Assembly: GCA_033762915.1 (NCBI GenBank)
Contig: JANRLD010000042.1
Coordinates: 128,001 to 192,000 of the forward strand
Length of the DNA: 64,000 nucleotides
Direction of reading: 5' to 3'
DNA from: Meiothermus sp.
GTDB lineage: Bacteria > Deinococcota > Deinococci > Deinococcales > Thermaceae
Part shown: positions 9,458 through 18,893 of the stretch, piece by piece
Numbering within the stretch: the stretch's first letter is position 1
Layout: each line of letters starts with the position of its first letter
Program-made: the position numbers and the translations under genes
Notes under the pieces: model-generated
What the model was told of the DNA's origin: nothing
Database searches by the model: none
Seen by the model: only the letters and a program-made list of their open reading frames with translations

Positions 9458-10866
9458 TAGCCCACCGAACCTTCCATCTCGAGTTCGATCAGCCGGTTCA
9501 GCTCGACGGCGTACTCGAGGGGCAGCTCCTTGGCCACCGGCTCAATAAACCCGCGCACGATCAGGGCGGCGGCTTCGTCTTCGGGGAGGCCACGGCTTTG
9601 CAGGTAGAAGATCTGCTCGTCGTTGAGGCGGCTCACGGTGGCTTCGTGGCCCACGGTGGCGGTGTCGTCCTCGATCTCCATGTAGGGGTAGGTGTCGGTG
9701 CGGGACTCCTCGTTAATCAGCAGCGCGTCGCACTCCACGTTCACCTTGACGTGCTTGGCCCCCTCGTAAACCTTAATCAGTCCGCGGTAGCTGCTGCGCC
9801 CCGCGCCCTTGGAGATGGACTTGGAGACGATCGAGCCGCCGGTGTTCGAAGCCGCGAAAACCAGCTTGCCGCCGGCGTCCTGGTGCTGCCCCGAGTTGGC
9901 GAACGCGATGGAGAGGATGTCGGAGCGGGCGCCGGGCTCGACCAGGTAGCTGCTGGGGTACTTCATGGTCAGCTTGGAGCCCAGGTTGCCGTCCAGCCAC
10001 ATGTGGTAGCCGTCCTGCTTCACCACCGCGCGCTGGGTCACCAGGTTGTACATGTTGTGCGACCAGTTCTGGATGGTGGTGTAGCGGCTGCGGGCGCCCT
10101 TGTTCACGGCGATCTCGATCACGCCGGAGTGGAAGGAGTCGGTGGTGTAGGTGGGGGCGGTGCAGCCCTCGATATAGTGCATGTCCGCGCCCTCATCCAC
10201 CACGATGATGGTGCGCTCGAACTGGCCTAGCTCGGCAGTGTTGATGCGGAAGTAGGCTTGCAGCGGCTGCTCGACCTTCACGCCCTTGGGCACGTAGACG
10301 AAGGAGCCGCCCGACCACACGGCGGAGTTAAGCGCGGCGTACTTGTTGTCCTCGGGCGGAATGATGGTACCGAAGTACTCGCGGAAGAGGTCCTCGTGGT
10401 GCTTGAGGCCGTCCTCGATGCTGACGAAAATCACGCCGAGGCGCTCGAGCTCCTCCTTGATCTGGTGGTAGACCATCTCCGAGTCGTACTGCGCCCCCAC
10501 CCCGGCCAGTACCTTCTGCTCGGCCTCGCGGATGCCCAGCTTGTCGTAAGTGCGCCGGATCTCCTCGGGCACGTCGTCCCAGGTGCGGGCGTCGCGCTGC
10601 TCGGTGGGCTTGGAGTAGAAGTAGATCTCGTCCATGTTGAGGCGCGAGAGGTCGCCGCCCCACTGCGGCACCGGCTTGGACTCGTAGATCTCGAGGGCCT
10701 TGAGCCGGAAGTCCAGCATCCACTGCGGCTCGTCCTTGTGGTAGCTGATGGCCTCCACCACCCGGCGGCTCAGGCCCTTCTCGGACTTCCAGACCGGCTT
10801 CACCTCGTCCACGAAGCCGTACTTGTATTCGTTGCCGATGTTCTCGACGACAGCGTTATCAGACAT
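9457..10866 (-). CDS. sufB: Fe-S cluster assembly protein SufB
   Basis: EYKYGF, GVGAQYDSE, SAVWSGGSF, GQFERT, EGCTAP, HQDAGGK, ELPLEYAVELNRLI. Confidence 0.96.
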   Translation of the reverse strand: MSDNAVVENIGNEYKYGFVDEVKPVWKSEKGLSRRVVEAISYHKDEPQWMLDFRLKALEIYESKPVPQWGGDLSRLNMDEIYFYSKPTEQRDARTWDDVPEEIRRTYDKLGIREAEQKVLAGVGAQYDSEMVYHQIKEELERLGVIFVSIEDGLKHHEDLFREYFGTIIPPEDNKYAALNSAVWSGGSFVYVPKGVKVEQPLQAYFRINTAELGQFERTIIVVDEGADMHYIEGCTAPTYTTDSFHSGVIEIAVNKGARSRYTTIQNWSHNMYNLVTQRAVVKQDGYHMWLDGNLGSKLTMKYPSSYLVEPGARSDILSIAFANSGQHQDAGGKLVFAASNTGGSIVSKSISKGAGRSSYRGLIKVYEGAKHVKVNVECDALLINEESRTDTYPYMEIEDDTATVGHEATVSRLNDEQIFYLQSRGLPEDEAAALIVRGFIEPVAKELPLEYAVELNRLIELEMEGSVG

Positions 10867-10884
10867 TTATCTCTCCTGGCGTTT

Positions 10885-11026
10885 CTCCTCCTCCTTGACG
10901 GGGGAGGCCGGGTGGGGGTGCGGCGCTAAAGCGGTGCTAAAGCGGTGCTAAAGCAGCGCCAAAGCGGCGCGAGTTACGGGTGGCGTTCAAAACCACCCCG
11001 GCCCTCCCCGCTGAGGGGGAGGGGGG
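10885..11026. repeat. Composite intergenic repeat: two REP-like C-rich/G-rich hairpins flanking four 11-bp GYGCYAAAGCR units
   Basis: Hairpins at 10885-10920 and 10993-11026; tandem units at 10923-10966. Confidence 0.75.
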
Positions 11027-11788
11027 TTAATCCCCGGCTACGGCGAGTTCCTTCACCCACTCGTAGCCCTTCTCCTCAAGCTTCAGCGCCAGTTCGGGGC
11101 CGCCGCTGGTGACGATGCGGCCCTCGAGCATGACGTGAACCTGGTCGGGCTTGATGTAGTTGAGCAGGCGCTGGTAGTGGGTGATCAGCAGCGCGCCGAA
11201 GTTGGGGCCGCGCATGGCGTTGACGCCCTTGGAGACTACCTTGAGCGCGTCGATGTCGAGGCCGGAATCGGTCTCGTCCATGATGGCGTAGGTAGGCTCC
11301 AGGACCATCATGTGCATGATCTCGTTGCGCTTCTTCTCGCCGCCGGAAAAGCCGTGGTTGAGGTAGCGGGTCAGGATGTCCTCGTTCCACTCCAGCACCT
11401 TCAGGGCGGCCTGGAGCTTGCCGTAGAACTCCATCATGTTCACGTCGCGGCCCAGCTTGGCCTGCAGCGCCAGCCGCAGGAAGTTGGCGTTGGTCACGCC
11501 GGGCACCTCGACGGGGTACTGGAAGGCCAGGAACAGGCCGTGCCGGGCGCGCTCATCGGCCTCCATCTCGAGGATGCTCTCGCCGTCCACCAGGATTTCC
11601 CCGGCGGTGATCTCGTAGCTGGGGTCGCCAGCGATGATCTTGCCCAGGGTGCTCTTGCCCGCACCGTTCGGCCCCATCACCGCGTGGATTTGCCCCTTGG
11701 GGATGGTCAGGTTGACCCCCTTGATGAGCTTCTCGCCGCTCTCGGCGATTTGGGCGTGGAGGTTGCGGATCTCGAGTTGGTTTGCCAT
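11027..11788 (-). CDS. sufC: Fe-S cluster assembly ATPase SufC
   Basis: [54 protein letters not shown]; start at ATG 11788 after a GGGAG RBS. Confidence 0.96.
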   Translation of the reverse strand: MANQLEIRNLHAQIAESGEKLIKGVNLTIPKGQIHAVMGPNGAGKSTLGKIIAGDPSYEITAGEILVDGESILEMEADERARHGLFLAFQYPVEVPGVTNANFLRLALQAKLGRDVNMMEFYGKLQAALKVLEWNEDILTRYLNHGFSGGEKKRNEIMHMMVLEPTYAIMDETDSGLDIDALKVVSKGVNAMRGPNFGALLITHYQRLLNYIKPDQVHVMLEGRIVTSGGPELALKLEEKGYEWVKELAVAGD

Positions 11789-11833
11789 CGTTTTCTCCCT
11801 TTCGGATTGGTTTTTAGCACGACACAGCTTTAC

Positions 11834-11848
11834 TGCGAATCGTTCGCA
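11834..11848. promoter_or_regulatory. Candidate operator upstream of the suf operon
   Basis: Perfect inverted repeat TGCGAA-TCG-TTCGCA just downstream of a TATACT -10-like hexamer on the minus strand. Confidence 0.45.
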
Positions 11849-12138
11849 ATAAGAGTATACGGAGTTCGGGTGGAATGTATAGTAGTTTAGTCGGGATTCC
11901 AACCGGCGAACATCACCTTGGGCTCAATTGGGGCTCAGGGGGTGGGCTGCACTTCGGAGATCTTTGCTCCGCAAAAAGCGCTGCGCTCAGAATGACAACG
12001 GTTTGGTGCGGTACCTGGTGAATGGGCGACCCGGACACAAAGGATTCCTCTTCGGCGAGAACCAGCCGCGCAACCTCAACGGTTTCGGCGGAAGCGTTAA
12101 CGTCTAGAAAAACCGCCCTGTTGCCAGGATACTGTGCA

Positions 12139-12175
12139 GAAAACCCGAGGGGCGCGGACAAGTTCCGCGCCCCCT
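12139..12175 (-). terminator. Rho-independent terminator after the galactose-oxidase-like gene
   Basis: 10-bp stem GGGGCGCGGA/TCCGCGCCCC followed by a short T run on the minus strand. Confidence 0.6.
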
Positions 12176-12187
12176 GGAGTTATTTGC

Positions 12188-15100
12188 CTAGTTTCCAATG
12201 CGGATGGTGGGGGCCCTCGAGGGCACGCCCGCCGCGTTGAGGGCGAAGAGCATGTAGTTGCCGGGCGGGGCGATACCGGGGTCGGCGGGTAGCTGGACGG
12301 TGTAGCTGGTGCCGCTGCCGCTAAAGGTTAGGGGGACGCGCCGCTGGTCGGTGTCGGTGGAGTGGGTGACGCTCGAGAAGCGCATCAGCACGAACTGGCT
12401 GACCGGGCCGCCGGTGCTCACGCTGATGCTGGTGCCGTAGCGGCCCGTGGCCGGGGCGGCGGTGATGGTCGGGCGGGTGGCAGGGCTGCCGTCGGGGTTG
12501 AAGAGGTAGGGCGGGGAAAAGAGTTGCACGTCGGGGTGGTTGGTGGTGCAGCTGCCGCACAGGCCGCCGCCGCCCGCCAGCACCCGCCCGTCGGGCAGCA
12601 GCAGGGCCACGCTGTGGTAGTTGCGCGGCACGCTCATGTCGGCCATGCCGAGCCAGGTTCCGGTGGCGGGGCTCCACAGCTCGGGGGTGAGGATCGAGCG
12701 GGCGTCGCTGAAGGGCGCGGCCACCTCCTGCCCGCCCACCGCCAGCACCGAGCCGTTGGGCAGGGCCACGCTGTTGTGCATGACGCGGGCGAAGCTCATC
12801 GAGCCGGTGCGGGCCACGCTGGCGCTGGTGCCCGAGACCGAGACCACGAAGGCGTTGGTCTTGGCGGCCCCGCCGCTGTAGGCGGGCGCGCCCCCGATGG
12901 TCAGGATCTTGCCGATGTCGTACATCACCGCGTTGCCGTTCATGCTGTCGCCGTCGTTGCCCCTGGCGCCCAGGCCCGACACGCTGCCGCTGCCGGAGGT
13001 GCCGTAGAGGTTCATATTGGCGCTGGGTCCGGCCTGCAGCACGTTACCGCCGCCGATGGCGAACAGCCACATGTGGTTGTCGGCGCGGTACACCCCGCCG
13101 GGGTCGTTGGTGAGGGCGGGGGCCACCAGGGCCCCAGGCAGGGCCGTCCAGCCGGTGGCTGCGTTCCAGACCTCGCCGTTCTTGCCGCCTTGAGCCCCGC
13201 TCCAAGAGCCGCCCAGGGTGAAGACGTTGCCGTTGGAGAGGGTCACGTTGGCCTGGTATCCGCGCGGGTTGGTCATGTTCTGGACGCGGCTCCAGGTGCC
13301 CGTGGCGGGGTTGTAGATACTGGTGACCTCGGCGTTGCCGCCGCCCGCGAGCATGATCCGGCCGTCGGGAAGCTGGGCGGTGCCAGGGCAGAACATCTCG
13401 TGCTGGGTCTCGGTCACCAGCACCTCGGTGGCGGTCTCGGTGTCGGGGTTGAAGAGGCTGGTGTAGGTGCGGCGGGTTCCGGCCCCGAAGCTGGCCCGGT
13501 CGGTGCCCGACCATAGCATCACCCTTCCGTCGGGCAGGTTGGCTGCGGTAACGGGCACCAGCGAGACCCCGATCACCCGGCCCCACTCGCCGCGGGTAGC
13601 GCGGGAGTTGTTCACCGGGGCGCTGGCGGGGTAGAGCTGCGAGGCCGGGATGACTTCTCGAGCCTGCTGGGCACTCTGCCACTCGAGCCGCGCCACTGCG
13701 CCGCCGCCCTCCTCGTACATCTCCATGCGGACGCTGTAGCGCTGGCCCGCTGTCAGGCTGATGCTGCCCTGGTCCACGGTGGGGGGGTGGATCGTCCAGT
13801 TGTTGATGATGAGCTGGCCGTTGACCCACAGCCGCACCCCGTCGTCGGAGGTGGTGTAGAAGGTGTAGGCCCCGCTGAAGCGCGGCACGACCTCGCCGGT
13901 CCAGCGCACGCTGAAGGTGTCGGCCCCGATGCCCGCGGCGGGCGAGCCGGTGCCCCAGTCAAAGTTAACGGTGGGGTCGGTGCGGAGTACCCGCGTGCCG
14001 GTGAAGTTGGCGTTGTCGTAGTACTCGCCCAGCAGGCCGGTGCCGGCGGCGACCTGCAGCCGGACGGTTCTGACCTCGCAGTTGGCGGCGCTCGAGCTGA
14101 TGTAGACCGCGGCCCAGGCCAGCCCGGAGGGCATGGTGAAGGCCGTCGAGGTCTGGGTCTGTGCGGTGGTGGCGCTCTGGCGCACGGTGGCAACCTCGGT
14201 GGCGGTGCCGTTGCTCACCACCAGGCCCATGCGGCACTCCTGGCCCGCCGTGAGGCTGCGCAGGTTGGCCGAGAGGGTGTACTGCTGCCCCGACTGGAGG
14301 TTGGCGGTGCCCAGGTTCTGTTGCAGCCAGGTGTAGGGGGCCATGGCCAGGGTTTGGTTGCTGGCCTGGACGTTGCCGCCGAAGCGGTCCCAGCCCTGGG
14401 TGCCGAAGGCGAAGTCCGGGTTGACTATGGGGCTGCTGGGTGTGGCGGCGGGCGGCGTGCCGCCCCCGGCGTTGGGATCGGAGGCGATCAGCTCGGCGTC
14501 GTCGTAGGTGCAGGTGCCCGAGCCGCTGGTCAGGTAGACCGCGATGTAGGTGGCCGAGAGCGGCAGGGTGAAGCTGGCGGTTTGTTGCGTCCAGGCGGTG
14601 TCCTGGAAGGTCAGGGTGCGGCTGTCGCTGGCCCCGCTCCCGAACCCGACGCCCGCCGTACAGCTGCCTGCCGAGGCCCGCCCCCACACCCGCAGGGTGT
14701 AGGTCAGTCCGCCCTGCAGGGCGGTGTTGGGCAGGTCTTGCTGGATCCAGGCGAAATCGCTGGCGGCAACCCCGCCCGCCGAGGTGCGCCCGGCCACGTC
14801 GGTCTTGGTGCCGCTGTAGCGCACCCACAGCCCGCTGCCGCCCTCGAAGTCGGCGTTGCGCAGCAGGTTGCTGCCCAGCGCGACGTTCTGGCTCTGGACC
14901 TCGGAGGTGAGCGGCGGCTCGGTACGGAAGACCGAGGCAGGCACCACCTTGGGCTCGAGGGTGTCTTGCCCCTCGAGGCTCCAGCGCAGCACCACCTTGG
15001 CCCTCTCGCCGGTCTTGCGGTACTCCAGGCGCAGCGCGTAGGCTTGGCCCCCGGCCAACTGCACCGTGGCTTTTTTGCCGAAGGTCACAACCTCCCGGCC

Positions 15101-15421
15101 GGCCAAGGTCAGGGTGGCCTCGCCGGTGCCCTCGAGGCTCAGGGTGTACCTGCCGCTCTCGGGGGCCACCAATTGGCCCGTCCAGACCGCGCTAAAGCCG
15201 CCTTGGGGCATGGCCTCCAACGGCATAAAGTTGTCCCAGTCGAAGGCCAGGCTGCGGTCGAGCTGAATGTAGCTGCGCCCGCTGGAGTCTCGGTATTCCC
15301 CGGTAAGGCCCGTCAGGTTGCCCGCGGGCACGCCGGGCAGTTGGTTGCCCAAGTTCTGCCCCGACTGCCCGCAGGCTCCCAAAATCACGCCCAAAACCAA
15401 AAGCCACAATCTCTGCCGCAT
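12188..15421 (-). CDS. Lipoprotein with two PA14 and two CBM4/9-like domains and a C-terminal galactose oxidase (AA5-like) module
   Basis: Lipobox ILGAC; PA14 motifs (FSVRWTG, SDDGVRLWVNG); copper-radical residues in MFCPG, RGYQ, RNYHS, VTHS. Confidence 0.88.
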   Translation of the reverse strand: MRQRLWLLVLGVILGACGQSGQNLGNQLPGVPAGNLTGLTGEYRDSSGRSYIQLDRSLAFDWDNFMPLEAMPQGGFSAVWTGQLVAPESGRYTLSLEGTGEATLTLAGREVVTFGKKATVQLAGGQAYALRLEYRKTGERAKVVLRWSLEGQDTLEPKVVPASVFRTEPPLTSEVQSQNVALGSNLLRNADFEGGSGLWVRYSGTKTDVAGRTSAGGVAASDFAWIQQDLPNTALQGGLTYTLRVWGRASAGSCTAGVGFGSGASDSRTLTFQDTAWTQQTASFTLPLSATYIAVYLTSGSGTCTYDDAELIASDPNAGGGTPPAATPSSPIVNPDFAFGTQGWDRFGGNVQASNQTLAMAPYTWLQQNLGTANLQSGQQYTLSANLRSLTAGQECRMGLVVSNGTATEVATVRQSATTAQTQTSTAFTMPSGLAWAAVYISSSAANCEVRTVRLQVAAGTGLLGEYYDNANFTGTRVLRTDPTVNFDWGTGSPAAGIGADTFSVRWTGEVVPRFSGAYTFYTTSDDGVRLWVNGQLIINNWTIHPPTVDQGSISLTAGQRYSVRMEMYEEGGGAVARLEWQSAQQAREVIPASQLYPASAPVNNSRATRGEWGRVIGVSLVPVTAANLPDGRVMLWSGTDRASFGAGTRRTYTSLFNPDTETATEVLVTETQHEMFCPGTAQLPDGRIMLAGGGNAEVTSIYNPATGTWSRVQNMTNPRGYQANVTLSNGNVFTLGGSWSGAQGGKNGEVWNAATGWTALPGALVAPALTNDPGGVYRADNHMWLFAIGGGNVLQAGPSANMNLYGTSGSGSVSGLGARGNDGDSMNGNAVMYDIGKILTIGGAPAYSGGAAKTNAFVVSVSGTSASVARTGSMSFARVMHNSVALPNGSVLAVGGQEVAAPFSDARSILTPELWSPATGTWLGMADMSVPRNYHSVALLLPDGRVLAGGGGLCGSCTTNHPDVQLFSPPYLFNPDGSPATRPTITAAPATGRYGTSISVSTGGPVSQFVLMRFSSVTHSTDTDQRRVPLTFSGSGTSYTVQLPADPGIAPPGNYMLFALNAAGVPSRAPTIRIGN

Positions 15422-15628
15422 AGCTCCCCCTGCCGAGGGAGGTCAAACCTCTACAGCGGTAGGGCCTTGCCCGCCCCACCGTCGATGACCTCCGCCGCGT
15501 AGGTTTGAGAATACGGTGAGGCAGGGCAAAAGCATAGCGGTTCTGTCCGCTTAACTGGCCCTTAACGCCGGGCATTACAAGGGAGAAATGGGCGGAGCGG
15601 CCCGGTCTCGGGCCGCTCCGGGGGCCGC

Positions 15629-17314
15629 TCAACGCGGCAGTTCTGCTATGTACAGGTTTCGGTCTGCGGCCCCGAGGAAGACCACCCTCGAGCCGTCCGG
15701 CGAGACCTGCCACTGGTCGTAAGAGACCTTGGGCAGCTCCAACAGGCTTCGGCTGGTCTGGCTCGAGACGCTGTACTCCATCAAGGTGTGCCGCCGGACC
15801 CCTGGCGTTAAGGAGATGTAGACCAGGCGGTTGCTGTCGCGCCAGCGATAGGAGCCGAACCACTCAAGCGCCCGCCGCGTGCCGTCCTGCGCCTGCAGGA
15901 ACATCCCGTTGCGGCCCGGCGTGTCGAAGGCCACGTAGTAGGCGACCCAGCGCCCGTCCGGGCTGGCGGCGATGCCCCGCATCCCGTTGGCCTGGGCCAA
16001 AAGGGTGCGCTTTCCGCTGCGGAGGTCGAGGGTCTCGAGCCTTCTCAGCGCTTCGTCGGGCGCGTTCTTGCCGGAGACCAGGAGGGTGTTGGCGTCCAGC
16101 CAGCTTTGCACGCCGCCGCCGTAGAGGGTCAGGACTTGGCGCGGGCTGCCGCCCAGGGTGGAGACGAAAACCCTGGTGGTGCGCTGGTCGAAGTTGCCCT
16201 GGGTGGCGGTCACGTTCCAGGCGATCTGCTGGTTTCTCGGGCTCCAGACCACGCTCGAGCCCCGGGTGTCGACCCGCCACTGTCGCCCGTCGCCCAGGCG
16301 CTGGATCAGGCTGGGGGTGCCGGGCAGCAGGGCGTAGGCGAAGTCGGGCGAGAAGTAGGCCACCGGGAGCAGGGGCTTGGGCGCTTCGGGCTGGCCGGCC
16401 GAGACGCCGTAGAAGGCGGCAGGGCTCTGGGGGGTCGGCTTGTCTAGGAACAGCACCGTCTGCGAGTCCGGGCCCCACACCGGGCCGACGCAACAGCCCC
16501 CCGTGGTGAGGCGGCGAAAGCCTGTCGTTTGGCGGGCGGGCTGCAAGGAGGCCTGGCCATCGAGGTCGCGCAGACCCGGAAAGTCGCCCGCCAGCGTGGC
16601 GGGCCGCGCCGTGGTGCCGACCGGGGGCGGCCAGGTGCGCTCGAAGTCGGCCAGAATCCCGCCGCCGCGCCGGGCCTGGGGCTGCTGGTCGGGCTGCTGC
16701 CAGCGGCGGGGGTTGCCCAGGTCGCGCTGGAAGCCGCGCCCGCCGAAGCTGCCCGCCAGGGCCAGGCTGTCCCAGTCGGCGGCGATGTAGGGGATGGGGT
16801 TAAAGAAGCGCTGGTGCGAGTGGTCGCGGATCTCGAGGTGCAGGTGCGGCGCGCCGCTGCAGCTGCCCTGCGAGTCGCCCGACCGGGCGATCACCTGCCC
16901 GCGCCTGACCTGCTGGCCCACCCGCAGGGCAGGGCGCTCGAGCAGGTGCCCGTAAAGGCTCGCCAGCCCGCCGGCATGATGGATGACCAGGTTGTGCGGC
17001 GGTGAGCCGTGCGGGCCGTCTACCTCAACGACCACGCCGTCCCCAATCGCCACTACCGGCGTCCCGCACCGCGCTGAGAAGTCCAGCCCGAAGTGGATGC
17101 CCTGCCCCGCGCGGTATGCGCTCAGCCGCTGCCGAAAGGCCCCCACCGTGTTGCCGTAGAGCTGGCCCAGTAGCCAGGTGCCGTAGCCGGGCGCGGCGGC
17201 GAAGGGCAGCCCGAACTGCCTGCTGGGCGGCGCGATCTGTGCGTCGGGCAGCGGTGGGACAGAGTGGGCAAGCGAAAGTCCGGTGAGCAGAAAAAGCCCG
17301 ATCAGGCGGCGCAT
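15629..17314 (-). CDS. Secreted M23-family peptidase with C-terminal TolB-like beta-propeller
   Basis: Signal peptide MRRLIGLFLL; HFGLD, YGHL and PHLH motifs; WSP/SPDG repeats; true start ATG 17314. Confidence 0.85.
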   Translation of the reverse strand: MRRLIGLFLLTGLSLAHSVPPLPDAQIAPPSRQFGLPFAAAPGYGTWLLGQLYGNTVGAFRQRLSAYRAGQGIHFGLDFSARCGTPVVAIGDGVVVEVDGPHGSPPHNLVIHHAGGLASLYGHLLERPALRVGQQVRRGQVIARSGDSQGSCSGAPHLHLEIRDHSHQRFFNPIPYIAADWDSLALAGSFGGRGFQRDLGNPRRWQQPDQQPQARRGGGILADFERTWPPPVGTTARPATLAGDFPGLRDLDGQASLQPARQTTGFRRLTTGGCCVGPVWGPDSQTVLFLDKPTPQSPAAFYGVSAGQPEAPKPLLPVAYFSPDFAYALLPGTPSLIQRLGDGRQWRVDTRGSSVVWSPRNQQIAWNVTATQGNFDQRTTRVFVSTLGGSPRQVLTLYGGGVQSWLDANTLLVSGKNAPDEALRRLETLDLRSGKRTLLAQANGMRGIAASPDGRWVAYYVAFDTPGRNGMFLQAQDGTRRALEWFGSYRWRDSNRLVYISLTPGVRRHTLMEYSVSSQTSRSLLELPKVSYDQWQVSPDGSRVVFLGAADRNLYIAELPR

Positions 17315-17369
17315 CCCCAGATTCTTCCGGTTTTTTGTTGGCGCCGGGTGAGTGTTGGAGGGGTCGCTA

Positions 17370-17458
17370 TTGACAGGAGTTTGTGTTGCAAGCGAAAATG
17401 TACGCACAGTGCAGTAACTAACAAAAATCTGTTGCAATTTTGCAACAAATTTGCAACA
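17370..17458 (+). promoter_or_regulatory. Promoter/operator region of the rhamnose cluster
   Basis: TTGACA at 17370; palindrome TGTTGCAA-TT-TTGCAACA at 17430-17447; extra half-sites at 17384 and 17451. Confidence 0.6.
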
Positions 17459-17491
17459 TTTGGTTGCTGGGCACTGTCTCGAGGAGGAGCC

Positions 17492-18502
17492 ATGCGAAGA
17501 AGAAGTGTTTTGCTGGTGCTGGGCCTGGTGGCGCTGGTGGCAATGGGGAGCGTGGCCTCGGCGCAGCAGCAGCGGGTGCGCATCGCCATGTTGGTCAAGA
17601 GCCTGGGTAACGGGTTCTTCGAGGCGGCACGGGACGGCGGGATGGAGGCCGCCAAGCAACTGGGGGCCAACGTCGAGCTGATCTACACCGGCCCCACTGC
17701 CGCCACCGCCGAGGGCCAGATCGAGATCATCAACAACCTGATCGCCCAGCGGGTGGACGCCATCGTGATCTCCGCCAACGACCCCAACGCCTTGATCCCG
17801 GCCACCAAGCGGGCCATGGAACGCGGTATCAAGGTCATCTCCTTCGACTCCGGAATTGCGGCGGGCGGGCGGCTGATGCACCTTAACCCCTCCAACGTGC
17901 AGCTCATCGGCCAGAAGCAGATTGACATGATCTCCAAGACCCTGGGCGCGCAGGGCGGCGAGATCGCCGTCCTCTCCGCCACCGCCCAGGCCACCAACCA
18001 GAACGCCTGGATCGCCGCCATGCGTCAGACCCTCCAGCAGTCTCAGTACCGCAACCTGCGCCTGGTGGACGTGGTCTACGGCGATGACCAGTCCGACAAG
18101 TCCTACCGCGAGGCGCTGGCCCTGTTCCAGAAGTACCCCAACCTCAGGGGCATCATCGCCCCCACCACCGTCGGCATCGCTGCGGCCGCCAAGGCCGTAC
18201 AGGATCGCAACCTGGTGGGTAAGGTCTTCGTGACCGGGCTGGGCCTGCCCTCCGAGATGGCCGGCTATGTGAAGGCTGGCTCGGTGCAGACCTTTGCCAT
18301 CTGGAACCCCATCGACCTGGGCTACTCGGCGGTCTTCGCGGCCTACCAGTTCGTCACCAACAGGGCCACCGGCAAGGCGGGCGAGAGGATCTCCATCGGG
18401 CGCATGGGCACCATCACCCTCGATGACAAGACCGAGGCCGCGATGGCCGAGCCCTTCACCTTCGACAAGAACAACGTGGACCGCTTCGCCAAGATTTTCT
18501 AA
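17492..18502 (+). CDS. rhaS: L-rhamnose ABC transporter substrate-binding protein
   Basis: RBS GAGGAGG; KSLGNGFFEA, ATNQNAWI, YGDDQSDKSY, PTTVG, IWNPIDLGY; rhaM in the same cluster. Confidence 0.88.
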   Translation: MRRRSVLLVLGLVALVAMGSVASAQQQRVRIAMLVKSLGNGFFEAARDGGMEAAKQLGANVELIYTGPTAATAEGQIEIINNLIAQRVDAIVISANDPNALIPATKRAMERGIKVISFDSGIAAGGRLMHLNPSNVQLIGQKQIDMISKTLGAQGGEIAVLSATAQATNQNAWIAAMRQTLQQSQYRNLRLVDVVYGDDQSDKSYREALALFQKYPNLRGIIAPTTVGIAAAAKAVQDRNLVGKVFVTGLGLPSEMAGYVKAGSVQTFAIWNPIDLGYSAVFAAYQFVTNRATGKAGERISIGRMGTITLDDKTEAAMAEPFTFDKNNVDRFAKIF

Positions 18503-18893
18503 GCGGGGTTGAAGGTTGACTGTTGAAGGTCGAAGGAAAACCGACGCCTTCAACAGTCAATCTATTCAGGTCAGCCGCACGCTCACCCTGGGCTTACCCT
18601 GTCATTCTCACGGCCAGGAATCCCTGAAGGGTGGGCACAAGCCCACCCAATGTTGCGAACCGACCGTCAGCGCCGCCAAGGGGTGGACGACATGACGCAG
18701 TAAAGGCTCTTCGCTCCTCTGCCCATCGGGGTTGCAGGGCGTTCGCAGCGAGGGAGAGGTTGGCTCAGAATGAGAGTGGAGTTCGTTCAAAAACACTCGA
18801 GCCGGCCCAAGGCCAACACCGGACCTCACTTTCCCCTTCCCGTTCCCGCACCCTTTATGCTTCTTGGCTAGCCGCCACCCTCCGCCCGACCTT

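Noticed and set aside
17315..18553. N-terminal extension of the 974-aa minus-strand ORF
   Set aside because: Antisense shadow of rhaS; the M23 protein begins with a signal peptide at 17314
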